DNA of 64,000 nucleotides from a virus: IMG/VR virus record IMGVR_UViG_3300034137_000032, positions 23,309 to 87,308 of that record; one strand, 5' to 3'. Shown piece by piece: positions 56,006 to 64,000 of this stretch (position 1 is its first letter; each line of letters starts with the position of its first letter). The notes under the pieces were generated by a model. It saw only the letters and a program-made list of their open reading frames with translations, ran no database searches and was not told where the DNA came from. The position numbers and the translations under genes were made by a program.

Positions 56006-56796
56006 GGCGCCCCGATCGCGATTAGATCGGCGCTACCGTGGGCAATGCCTGCGCTCAACTGTGCGTCACGTCCGGCCAGAATGCCCGCCAGCAGATCGTC
56101 CAGGTTTGGCTCGACCTTGCGACCTTGCCTGGATGACTTTAGGCCTTCGCCCTTGGTCAGCTCGTTGAGATAGGCACCTATCAGCTCGTTGTGCTTCAGC
56201 TGGACCGCAACCAGATTGCAGCCAGTGCTCAGCTCCATATCCAGATCGTCGTCCTCGCCCTTGGGCACCAGCTCGTGCAGTTTTTCACCCACCGCGGCGA
56301 CCCACATTTCAGCGAAGTGATTCCCGCGTGTGCTCGGGGTGTGTCTGCCGCGTGGGGCTTCGCCGCGCTTGATGCTCGCGACGTAATCCCTGCGGGCCTG
56401 GGTGACTTTCACGTAGAGGGCGTCGTAGGCGTATTTGGCGATCTGCTGGGCGGGTGTGACGCCGACGAAAATGGCGCGACAGGCCTTGTCGGTTTTGCTG
56501 CGGCCGCTCTGCATCCAGGTCGAGTGGGTGAAGGTTTCGCAGCCGAAGACGGCGGCGACGATGCTGGATAGATCCGTGTCCCAGGAAGGGCGCCGGTAAC
56601 GGGCTTGCTCTGCAGAGGCTTTGCCAACGTCGGCCAGCTCCACGTCCATGTCGGTCAATTGGTATTTGCGCATGAGCTTCTGCGCCTGGCGCAGCGCTGC
56701 AGCGGCTTCGTGTTCATTGCTGCTCTTCGAGAGGGCAAGGCAGTGTTTGATTTTGCGCAGTACGCGTTCGCGCTCGGCTGCAGGGACGTCGCTCAT
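56002..56796 (-). CDS. DUF2786-domain protein
   Basis: KIKHCLALSKSSNEHEAAAALRQAQKLM. Confidence 0.85.
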   Translation of the reverse strand: MSDVPAAERERVLRKIKHCLALSKSSNEHEAAAALRQAQKLMRKYQLTDMDVELADVGKASAEQARYRRPSWDTDLSSIVAAVFGCETFTHSTWMQSGRSKTDKACRAIFVGVTPAQQIAKYAYDALYVKVTQARRDYVASIKRGEAPRGRHTPSTRGNHFAEMWVAAVGEKLHELVPKGEDDDLDMELSTGCNLVAVQLKHNELIGAYLNELTKGEGLKSSRQGRKVEPNLDDLLAGILAGRDAQLSAGIAHGSADLIAIGAP

Positions 56797-56835
56797 GGGG
56801 GGAATCCACAGTTGTCGTTGGCTTGGGAGGTGCTA

Positions 56836-56897
56836 ACGATACCGAGAGGGTTCCCCAAATACAAGCAAACCGTAATGTTTTAGTTATTTCTCGCTAA
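56836..56897 (-). promoter_or_regulatory. sigma70 early promoter with operators
   Basis: TTGTAT-N17-TATCGT; operators at 56862 and 56883. Confidence 0.65.
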
Positions 56898-57114
56898 TCC
56901 TCTGCTCAAAGCGTTGGCGCATCTCGTCGCGTTGCTCTTGGGTGTACCGCTCGAACTGTCCAGCAGGGACAACGAAAAACACCATGACGCCCGTGGCGCG
57001 AGCCATGTACCCGCGCAGCCTGGCGGGGTTGCCCACGGCGTGCTCAGTTATCACAAGGTGATCGAATACGGCTGGTCGCTGCGCTGGGGGCTCTGCGAAT
57101 AAATCAAATTGCAT
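56884..57114 (-). CDS. hypothetical protein
   Basis: 76 aa from MQFDLF, GAGG RBS. Confidence 0.55.
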   Translation of the reverse strand: MQFDLFAEPPAQRPAVFDHLVITEHAVGNPARLRGYMARATGVMVFFVVPAGQFERYTQEQRDEMRQRFEQRISEK

Positions 57115-57361
57115 CGGGCAGCGCCTCGTCTTTCGGACGTATTCCCAGCACCTGCTCCATCTGGAACATGGCCGTATTGATGCGTCTGCGCAGTGATGCC
57201 GCGTCGGCTTTCCGTTTCGCCTCCGCTGCTTGGGGATCATAGGCAGGGCTTGGTGCCAGGTCGAGGGGCACGCGAGGGCCGCTGGCCCGTTCGCGCAAAT
57301 CGCGGTCCATAGTCCGCGCCTGGGCGCTGTCGGCGTAGCGTTCGTAATCAAACTCGGTCAT
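57104..57361 (-). CDS. hypothetical protein
   Basis: 85 aa from MTEFDY. Confidence 0.55.
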   Translation of the reverse strand: MTEFDYERYADSAQARTMDRDLRERASGPRVPLDLAPSPAYDPQAAEAKRKADAASLRRRINTAMFQMEQVLGIRPKDEALPDAI

Positions 57362-57394
57362 GGGGGGGTCGCCCTGTATCTGTCGAAGGCCGAC

Positions 57395-57456
57395 AGCGTG
57401 GCATGGGCATAAGGGTCGTGCAAGCAAGTAGTTGTTTAATGATTACTATCTGCTAT
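57395..57456 (-). promoter_or_regulatory. sigma70 early promoter with operators
   Basis: TTGCAC-N17-CACGCT; operators at 57421 and 57442. Confidence 0.55.
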
Positions 57457-57519
57457 CGATTGGTGTTCAGGCATAGCCAAAGTGGCGAGGGGCTGTGTGC
57501 GTCGCCCCACCCCTTGCCT

Positions 57520-57884
57520 GTTTTAAATTTGTTTTAAGGAAGTTTTAATATCTGTTTTGCTGGTGTGCATGGAATGGGTCAAGCCCATACAGGCCGCGGG
57601 CTTGAGCCTGTGTGTAACTCGCCTTCCGGTGGGTAATAAACGCTGGGAGGTGTGTAATAAACGGAAAGGGGTGTGTAATAAACGGAAATCGGTGTGTAAA
57701 AAACGGTTTTGGCGTTAATTCGGGTGTGTAATAAACGCCTAAACCATTGATAGGTGTGTAAAAAACGGTTTTCCTCCCGATTATTTCAACAACGTACCTC
57801 CCGAAGGCCTTCAAACCCTCGGAAATGCTGGCCTGCGGGGCTTTTGTGACAGTGCACATACGATAAATACCGTTTTTTACACAC
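57520..57884. repeat. iteron replication origin
   Basis: GTGTGTAAWAAACG-type repeats at 57629, 57650, 57671, 57692 (21-bp period), 57724, 57754, inverted at 57871; AT-rich tract 57520-57558. Confidence 0.9.
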
Positions 57885-57890
57885 CACCCG

Positions 57891-59114
57891 CTAGGCATTT
57901 GACTCTTCCTGAGAGCTGTCGGCCTCTACTTCCGGGCCGTCGCTGGTTTCGCCGTCAACCTCCCAGTCGGACTTTTCCGCTTCCACCTTCCAGCGATCGG
58001 CGTAGGAACGGTGCACCATCGCCAGCTTGGGGCCGTCTGCGCCCAGGCTTTCGCTCAGCATGTACTCGGGCAGGTTGTTCTCCCGGATGTAGCCGCGCAC
58101 CGTGCGGCAGAACTCCTTGAAACTCCCGGTGCTACCGCTGCGCTCGTAGATCGTGCGGAAATTCCACTCGGCGCTGGTGCGGCCAGCCTTCTGACGTGCC
58201 AGGCGATAGATGAACTTTGCGGTACCGGGCTCGATCAGGAAGTAGTCCGGATGCACCGTGAGCACGTCCGGCGTGGGGTTGGTGACGATCTCGGTGTAGA
58301 TCCAGTCCGGAATGCGGAACTCCACATATTCGACCTTCTTGGTGGTCAGGCTACTGATCGCCTTGTACGGGCCGATCAGTGACTCGCCCCCGCTGGTGAG
58401 CAGCTTTTTCTTGCCCTTGATGGTGACGATGCGTTCCATCTTGACCGTGGTGGTGCTCAGGCGGTCGAGGGCGTCAATCAGCTTTGATTTCTGATCACCG
58501 CCGTTCTCACGGCGACAGAATTTGAGGATCTCGCTGACGTGCGGGCGGAATAGCTGCGGCGGAATCTCGCCCTTGCCGTGGCGATAGCGGTTCATGGCTT
58601 CGGTCAGGTATGAGATGCCCATCAGCACGATGTCGTAATCCCATACGGACGCCATGCCGTAGGCGCCCGAGCTGACGATCACCCAGCCGTCGCGCAGGTC
58701 GTAACGCACCATGTCATTAGCGCGCTTGTCCTTTTTCGAGAGCTTGTAAACCGCGACATCCATGATACCCATGGTGTCCTTGGTCGAGATGTCGTAGAGC
58801 ACCGGGGCGAAGAATAAATCGGCCTGGCCGTTCTCCTCGTGCTCAGGGCCTTTGCGCAGCATGGCGGCGCCGCCGTCCTTGCGAGGGCGCCCACGTTGGC
58901 GAGGCTTGGCAGCGACCTCCAGAACGCCCTCCTGCACAGTGATGGTCGCCTCTTCGGGATTCACGACGGGCTCGGGCTTCTTTGCCGTCGCTTTCTTCGG
59001 CGCTGGCGCTTTCTCGCCTCTGATGGTGGGCGCTTTCTTCGCGCTAACCGTGTCCAGAAGTTTGGCCATTCGCCGGTTCGGTTTTTCCAGGTCCATGGGT
59101 GGTCTCGCAGTCAT
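57891..59114 (-). CDS. repA: plasmid replication initiator (RPA / replication initiator protein A family)
   Basis: GMASVWDYDIVL, ALDRLSTT, DYFLI...FIYRLARQKAG; adjacent iterons. Confidence 0.88.
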   Translation of the reverse strand: MTARPPMDLEKPNRRMAKLLDTVSAKKAPTIRGEKAPAPKKATAKKPEPVVNPEEATITVQEGVLEVAAKPRQRGRPRKDGGAAMLRKGPEHEENGQADLFFAPVLYDISTKDTMGIMDVAVYKLSKKDKRANDMVRYDLRDGWVIVSSGAYGMASVWDYDIVLMGISYLTEAMNRYRHGKGEIPPQLFRPHVSEILKFCRRENGGDQKSKLIDALDRLSTTTVKMERIVTIKGKKKLLTSGGESLIGPYKAISSLTTKKVEYVEFRIPDWIYTEIVTNPTPDVLTVHPDYFLIEPGTAKFIYRLARQKAGRTSAEWNFRTIYERSGSTGSFKEFCRTVRGYIRENNLPEYMLSESLGADGPKLAMVHRSYADRWKVEAEKSDWEVDGETSDGPEVEADSSQEESNA

Positions 59115-59188
59115 GTGGGATCGGCCAGGAGGCCATGGCGCCAATCGTACCTGCGATACGGCGGGCGCGCCTCCCCGATTGACGGGCG

Positions 59189-59498
59189 TTACGCTTGAGG
59201 TGGTAGGGCGTAGTCATCGTGGCCGGATAGGTCCGGCTCCAGATCCGCCAGCCACTCGCGTAGCTTCTGCGCGTAGCGGTTGAGAGGCTCACAGTGGCCA
59301 TAGAGGCCGTTGGTGCGCATGTAGTCGTAATCGAACGAAACCACAGACGGGTAGGTCGCTGGGTGGCCTTGGATCGGCCCAGGAAAAGTCGTATTCGTTG
59401 AGAGCTAACCAGTCTTTGATCGCCTGCCGGTATCCAGCCCGCGTTCGCACCAGATATAGCCCGCCCTTGAGGGCGCGCCAGTTGGGTAGGGCTGACAT
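59189..59498 (-). pseudogene. frameshifted small phage gene
   Basis: MSALPNW...FSWAD continues in the +1 frame as IQGHPATYPSVVSF...PPQA; break near 59373. Confidence 0.5.
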
Positions 59499-59615
59499 GC
59501 GTGTCACTCCTAAGCAAGCCCCGGCGAACCGGGGCGGTTGCCTGTCAATCCCGGCGGTCGAGGTGTAGTCGGTCATGCCGGTAGCGCTGGGTGGCGCTGG
59601 GGGCACGCGCGGCGG

Positions 59616-59918
59616 TCACAGGGGCGAGGGCGAGGGTCTGACAGGCAGGCCGCCCAGGAGCACCCGTGCGGGCTCATGCTCGAAGGTCACGAACGCGTCG
59701 ATGTAAGGCGCGTTGACCAGTTCCACCGGCACGGTGTAGTTCAACATCACAACGCCAAAGCCGTGGGGGGCGTAGGGGTTGCCGTCGATGCTGCGAAAGT
59801 ACAGGTGAGGGCTGCCGTGAAGGTGCCGCACGCAGAGGTACTCGCTACCCACCGGCAGCTCGATGACGAACCGGGGGGATGACGGTGGGATTGCGACGGC
59901 GCGGAGTGACTTCTGCAT
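59616..59918 (-). CDS. hypothetical phage protein
   Basis: 100 aa from MQKSLR. Confidence 0.55.
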   Translation of the reverse strand: MQKSLRAVAIPPSSPRFVIELPVGSEYLCVRHLHGSPHLYFRSIDGNPYAPHGFGVVMLNYTVPVELVNAPYIDAFVTFEHEPARVLLGGLPVRPSPSPL

Positions 59919-59994
59919 TGCGATAGGGCCTATGCGGTTTTCGATACCGGGAAAGCCCGCGCATGGCGGGCTGGGAGGGTCGATCAGGGGGCTG

Positions 59995-60600
59995 TCACGA
60001 CCAGACGGCGCGCTTCCATCCCTCGCCGTATTGGTCGGTGCTGACGCTGCCCAGCTCCAGCACGGTGGCCTGCTGGTGCGCCCGGATGGCCTCCTCAATA
60101 GGAAGCTTCTGGCGATCCGTCGGCGCATAAAACACATGACAGCCGCTTGCGGTGAGGTTGACCCGCTTGCGAGCAATGTCGATCCGGACCTTGCAATCGC
60201 GCAGGGCGAAACCGCCCGAAGCGTTGCTCATGACCGCAAAGACGGTGCGGGCGCACTGCTCTGCATTGTCGAAATCGAATGTCGGCGGCAGGGGCAGCAG
60301 GTCGCTGGGTTTCACATGGATGACGGTAGCGCCGTAGTTCAGGTGAGCCACTTCAAGGGACGCTTCCAGGGGGGCGTGGTACGCCTCGCGCAGCGTCCAT
60401 ACCTCGTCTACCAAACCGCCCAAGGTCAGGCACTGCACCTGATCGCAATAGGTGGTCAGCTCCTTAGCTGTTTCACAGGTGAGGGTGCCAGCTTCCTGGA
60501 TACGAGAAACCAGACCGCCCAGGGTCAGGCAGCGGTCTGCGCAGTAGGCAACGATGCGGGTGGCGAGGCTGCGGGCTTTGGTATCGGTTTGGTTTTGCAT
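59995..60600 (-). CDS. hypothetical protein with an internal CLTLGGLV duplication
   Basis: Start MQNQTD with GGAGG RBS; first gene after an early promoter. Confidence 0.7.
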   Translation of the reverse strand: MQNQTDTKARSLATRIVAYCADRCLTLGGLVSRIQEAGTLTCETAKELTTYCDQVQCLTLGGLVDEVWTLREAYHAPLEASLEVAHLNYGATVIHVKPSDLLPLPPTFDFDNAEQCARTVFAVMSNASGGFALRDCKVRIDIARKRVNLTASGCHVFYAPTDRQKLPIEEAIRAHQQATVLELGSVSTDQYGEGWKRAVWS

Positions 60601-60640
60601 GGTGCTGCCCTCCAGGGCTGTGCGTCGTTTCGATGGAGCA

Positions 60641-60703
60641 ACGATATGGGGCGCGCAGCAGGAATGCAAGCAAATAGTTGTGTGAAGATTAGCAAAGAGT
60701 AAG
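60641..60703 (-). promoter_or_regulatory. sigma70 early promoter with operators
   Basis: TTGCAT-N17-TATCGT; operators at 60667 and 60689. Confidence 0.7.
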
Positions 60704-60980
60704 TGAAAAGCCGAAACAGGGGGAGGCATGGCGCAACGAGGTTGCGTGCATAGGGTATGTACGGTGCATATCGTATGAATGAACAAGCGCGAGGCTGCCT
60801 AAATCGCGTGCTACGTTACTTTCATCGAGCGCGGCGCCAGAGTGGCAAATTCGCGATGCAGGAATGAGGAGGGGATCGGAAGGGATTTCAGGCGGGCATC
60901 AATGAGCAGGTTGGTCCGCGCACTTGGTTCATACAGCGCATAACGTATATACGGAGCATAAGAAAAAGGCGGTAATCATG

Positions 60981-61000
60981 AGGGAGAGAAACCTCTCCCC
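60981..61000 (-). terminator. hairpin downstream of the TA operon
   Basis: GGGAGAG-aaac-CTCTCCC stem-loop. Confidence 0.45.
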
Positions 61001-61007
61001 TGCGTTT

Positions 61008-61583
61008 CTATATCAGTAGCTCAAAGGTCGAAAGCTGCTTTACAGTTTCAGGCAGCTGCGCCTGCAATAAAGTGTCGAGTAGCTCCCGCGCAGTCTGGGG
61101 CGGATGCTTCAGAGAGGCGCGCTGATTTTGCACCGCTAAGAGCATCGCCGCTTGATCCAGATCCCATATATCGGACAAAAAAATGTCCGGGTGTAGGGCC
61201 TCAATGTCGAAGCCATCCAGGATCGCTGCCGGGAAGTCCTTGAGGTTGTACGTCACAATGACCGAGGCATTGCATTTGATGGCAGCGGCGAGGACATGCC
61301 TATCATCGGCGTCAGGCAGATCGAGGCCAGCCACAAGAGGCTCATGACCCGTGACCAGGCAATCTGGGATCGCATTGTTCATGCAGGTGACGGTGCGGGT
61401 CAGCTGCTCAGGCGTCAGATCAGGACGGTTTAAGAGGAGGTTTCGCGTCCATTCGTCATGTATTTGCGCCGACCAGCGCGCACGGTACGCGCCAGTCAGG
61501 GCAAGGTGCATCAGCAGATCCCGCAGCGGCGCAGGGTAAAGAACGCATGCGTCATAGACCACGGTGAAGGGTGAATGCCTCAT
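61008..61583 (-). CDS. PIN-domain toxin
   Basis: VYDACVLYP, DADDRHVLAAA, IVTYNLKDF. Confidence 0.92.
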   Translation of the reverse strand: MRHSPFTVVYDACVLYPAPLRDLLMHLALTGAYRARWSAQIHDEWTRNLLLNRPDLTPEQLTRTVTCMNNAIPDCLVTGHEPLVAGLDLPDADDRHVLAAAIKCNASVIVTYNLKDFPAAILDGFDIEALHPDIFLSDIWDLDQAAMLLAVQNQRASLKHPPQTARELLDTLLQAQLPETVKQLSTFELLI

Positions 61584-62047
61584 TAATACCCCATGTTCAG
61601 CGCTTGGGCTTGTGCAGCCAGCTCATCCATAGCTGTCCGGCTCTCTTTCTCACGCTCAGCCTTATAGGCCATGAGGTCGGTAAACCTGATACGGCGGTGG
61701 CTACCGGTTTTGGTATGCGGAATAAGTCCATCATCCAGCAGCTTGACCAGGTGCGGTCGCGAGACGTTAAGCATGTCGGCACCTTCCTGGGTTGTCAGCT
61801 CGGCATGAATAGGAACGACCTTTACCGTATTGCCCAGGGCTAACTCGCTCAAAATGTCGCCCAGCAGTCTCAGCGCGAACGTGGGCAGCTCCACGACTTG
61901 ACGCTGCTGTGCGTCGTCAACCAGTTCAATACGTTGGGTATCCAGTTTCGTCGAAACGAAAGCAGCGATCTGACGGCTTGATTCAGTAGCCGCAGCTATC
62001 GCTTTGTCATCTGGAAGGATGGTGCGAGCTAGATCGGCGGAAGTCAT
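61583..62047 (-). CDS. excisionase-family HTH antitoxin
   Basis: ELTTQEGADMLNVSRPHLVKLLD...GSHRR; TAATG coupling to the PIN gene. Confidence 0.9.
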   Translation of the reverse strand: MTSADLARTILPDDKAIAAATESSRQIAAFVSTKLDTQRIELVDDAQQRQVVELPTFALRLLGDILSELALGNTVKVVPIHAELTTQEGADMLNVSRPHLVKLLDDGLIPHTKTGSHRRIRFTDLMAYKAEREKESRTAMDELAAQAQALNMGY

Positions 62048-62102
62048 CGTGTATCTCCAATGGGGCGGTAACCGGCTGCGGCAGCAGCGGTAGAGCATTT
62101 AT

Positions 62103-62135
62103 ATTCGAAATAAACGACAAACGCAATAAACGAAA
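62103..62135. promoter_or_regulatory. short direct repeats upstream of the TA operon (likely autoregulatory)
   Basis: AAACG three times within TTCGAAATAAACGACAAACGCAATAAACGAAAT. Confidence 0.45.
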
Positions 62136-62185
62136 TGATCAAATTTGATCAATGGCCTCATGTTTGCTAGGCGGGTTGGAGTGCG

Positions 62186-62509
62186 TTACGGCATACCCTG
62201 CCAGGCCGCAGCAGCAGCGCGTAATACCACCATACGGGTCGCGCCTTCCTTGTCGCCCTTGTGATATTCCGAGCACAGCTGGAAGCCCGATGCTTGGGCG
62301 CAGCTCTCCAGGGTTGAGACCTCAACCCACATACTCATGCGTACTTCCAGGCGGCGGGAGTCGCCATCGTCCAGGTGCGGACGCCAGGCACGCGAGGGAA
62401 TGCCGTCGGTGACCAGCTTGGCCTCGCCAGCTTGAAAATCGAGGGTGTATCCAGCGGCCTTTGCGGCCTTTTCAAGCAGAATGCGGATATCAGGGCTTGC
62501 CTTGCTCAT
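62186..62509 (-). CDS. hypothetical phage protein
   Basis: LLEKAAKAAG...WRPHLDDGDSRRL...RAAA. Confidence 0.7.
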   Translation of the reverse strand: MSKASPDIRILLEKAAKAAGYTLDFQAGEAKLVTDGIPSRAWRPHLDDGDSRRLEVRMSMWVEVSTLESCAQASGFQLCSEYHKGDKEGATRMVVLRAAAAAWQGMP

Positions 62510-62679
62510 GGGTCACGGCCTCGGGAATCGCAGCGGGTTTTTCGATAATAGCCGAAGCGGGAAAGACTGGGGGCAGGCCAGCGGCCCGGATACCGTGGCT
62601 TCCAGGTGACAGAAACTAAAAATTAGTTCATCTTGCGTGGCTTTTAGCCATTAGGGATCGCGCCGTGACCGTTTTAGGG

Positions 62680-63126
62680 ATGATTAAACCGATGATGCTC
62701 GGCTTCGGCATCGCTACGTTGTTGACCGGTTGCGCTTCCACCCCACCGCCAACGCTGCCCAATGCTTACTACGATAATTTCATTCAGGGGCTCGTGGCGG
62801 CCGATCGCTGCGGGCTCTCGGGACAGGTAACGCCAGATGCTTCGCTTTGGGAGAAACGAAGGCTCACACATAACCTGAATACCTGGACCTATGACCGCGC
62901 CTATTTCGAAAGCCGGTTTCAAGCTGCAGTGTTGACGCTGCCTGCGCCGCCAGTAGCAGTATGCAATCAAGTCGCCATGGAAGCGGCGGAATACAAACAA
63001 ACCGTGCAGGAGAACAACGCGGCGGTAGAGGCTAATGCGCGTGCGTGGAACCAGGTGCAATACACGCAGCCTGTACACACCTATTGCAACAAGATAGGAG
63101 CGCAGACGCTCTGTAATTCGTACTGA
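62680..63126 (+). CDS. lipoprotein
   Basis: Lipobox LTGC; C-terminal CNKIGAQTLC. Confidence 0.8.
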   Translation: MIKPMMLGFGIATLLTGCASTPPPTLPNAYYDNFIQGLVAADRCGLSGQVTPDASLWEKRRLTHNLNTWTYDRAYFESRFQAAVLTLPAPPVAVCNQVAMEAAEYKQTVQENNAAVEANARAWNQVQYTQPVHTYCNKIGAQTLCNSY

Positions 63127-63133
63127 TCGAGCG

Positions 63134-63520
63134 CTATGCCTCCGGTGCTGCTTCGCTGACGGAGTAGCGGCCCGGGGGATCGGCGAGCACCCTGAACGGC
63201 ATACGGGCGTCCATCACGCCCCGCACCTCGAACATGGTCAGCACCTTGCGCTGCTGCGCTTCAGCCGCGGCGTGACCGAACCCGGATGGCATCGGCGCTG
63301 TGAAGTGGGCGATCTCGTCGGGTCTCATTTCAAATGTGCGCGTTATACCTGGCACTGCAGCTGGGGCCGGGACTGGCGCAGGGAAGCGGGCGTCGAAGTC
63401 TGCAAGTGCATGATCAGCCCAGGAGGCTGGCGCCTTCTTGTCCGTGATGGTGACCGCTGCGGCCACGCCGGTAGCCATGCCGATCCACAGCGAGCGGCGC
63501 ATCTGTTCGTGTTGAGTCAT
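63134..63520 (-). CDS. hypothetical protein
   Basis: 128 aa, AAGG RBS. Confidence 0.6.
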   Translation of the reverse strand: MTQHEQMRRSLWIGMATGVAAAVTITDKKAPASWADHALADFDARFPAPVPAPAAVPGITRTFEMRPDEIAHFTAPMPSGFGHAAAEAQQRKVLTMFEVRGVMDARMPFRVLADPPGRYSVSEAAPEA

Positions 63521-63568
63521 AGTCGGGCCTTATACGGGGAGGATGGGCGCCCGCAGGCGCCCGGGTTG

Positions 63569-64000
63569 TCAGGCGTAGGCGTAGCGCAGCTGGCGGCGCG
63601 CGATGCGGTCGTGCTTCCTGATAAGCAGACAGGTGACCAGCACACCGCCCAGGAGGGACACGATCACCAGGAACAGCACCAGCTTGGCGATCGCGCCGCC
63701 CGCATCGTCACCGTCGAACAGATCGGAGACGTCAAGGATGGCATCGAGCACGCCGCCGTTCGCTGCGTTGAACAGATTGCTGCCGGTGGCGTAGGTGTTC
63801 CAGGCCGCCGCGCCGACGTTCTGCCAGCTGCGCTCGCGCCAGGCCACGATCCAGGAGTGGATGGTTACCACCAGGCCGGTACCGATCGCAGGAATGATCA
63901 CCGTCAGGTACCACAGCGACATGGCAGCGTGCATCGCCTTGGGCGGCATGTGGCCCAGGGCACTGGCGCCGAACACGCCGATGATGATCAGCAGCATCGA
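63569..64000 (-). CDS. membrane protein, 5' end beyond the window
   Basis: Several hydrophobic helices, frame open to the edge. Confidence 0.65.
   Translation of the reverse strand, partial: SMLLIIIGVFGASALGHMPPKAMHAAMSLWYLTVIIPAIGTGLVVTIHSWIVAWRERSWQNVGAAAWNTYATGSNLFNAANGGVLDAILDVSDLFDGDDAGGAIAKLVLFLVIVSLLGGVLVTCLLIRKHDRIARRQLRYAYA

Noticed and set aside
57610-57770. Regularly spaced repeats resembling a CRISPR array
   Set aside because: 14-bp repeats with 7-16 bp gaps next to repA fit iterons; no cas genes
1-64000. Contractile injection system/tailocin, tRNA, rRNA or IS elements
   Set aside because: Capsid, portal and terminase show a true phage; no RNA genes or transposases were recognised by eye

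Overview
The window is a large part of a GC-rich, P1-like (myovirus) phage-plasmid, probably from Pseudomonas or a relative. Almost all core genes are on the minus strand. From left to right: (1) a tail/head block (pmgB-tub-pmgC-bplB-pmgG-gp21-sheath-major capsid, 176-8887); (2) a Dar-type block of capsid-packaged proteins (LPD1-like protein, hxr, ddrB, darA with an extra N-terminal pyrophosphatase-like domain, 9042-17327); (3) an accessory region (17.4-26 kb) whose first 3 kb carries an aerolysin/ETX-MTX2-like pore-former and a Sel1-repeat protein between two dif/Xer-like sites; (4) hdf, baseplate, tail fibres, tape measure/SLT, prohead protease, portal and terminase large subunit (26.6-48.6 kb); (5) a plasmid maintenance and early region with type Ib parAB and dispersed centromere-like repeats, a ParB-like protein, RepA with an iteron origin, and a PIN toxin-antitoxin pair. 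Four non-coding signals were read directly from the DNA: a late-promoter motif (GGAAA-N29/30-nAnnnT, 12 copies, two apparently leaderless), paired 15-bp operators over five sigma70 early promoters, YATA-N3-TATR repeats, and a probable +1 frameshift in the tail chaperone. The head proteins also share an Asp-type prohead-protease cleavage motif. P1 gene names rest on remembered sequence similarity and synteny; no searches were run.
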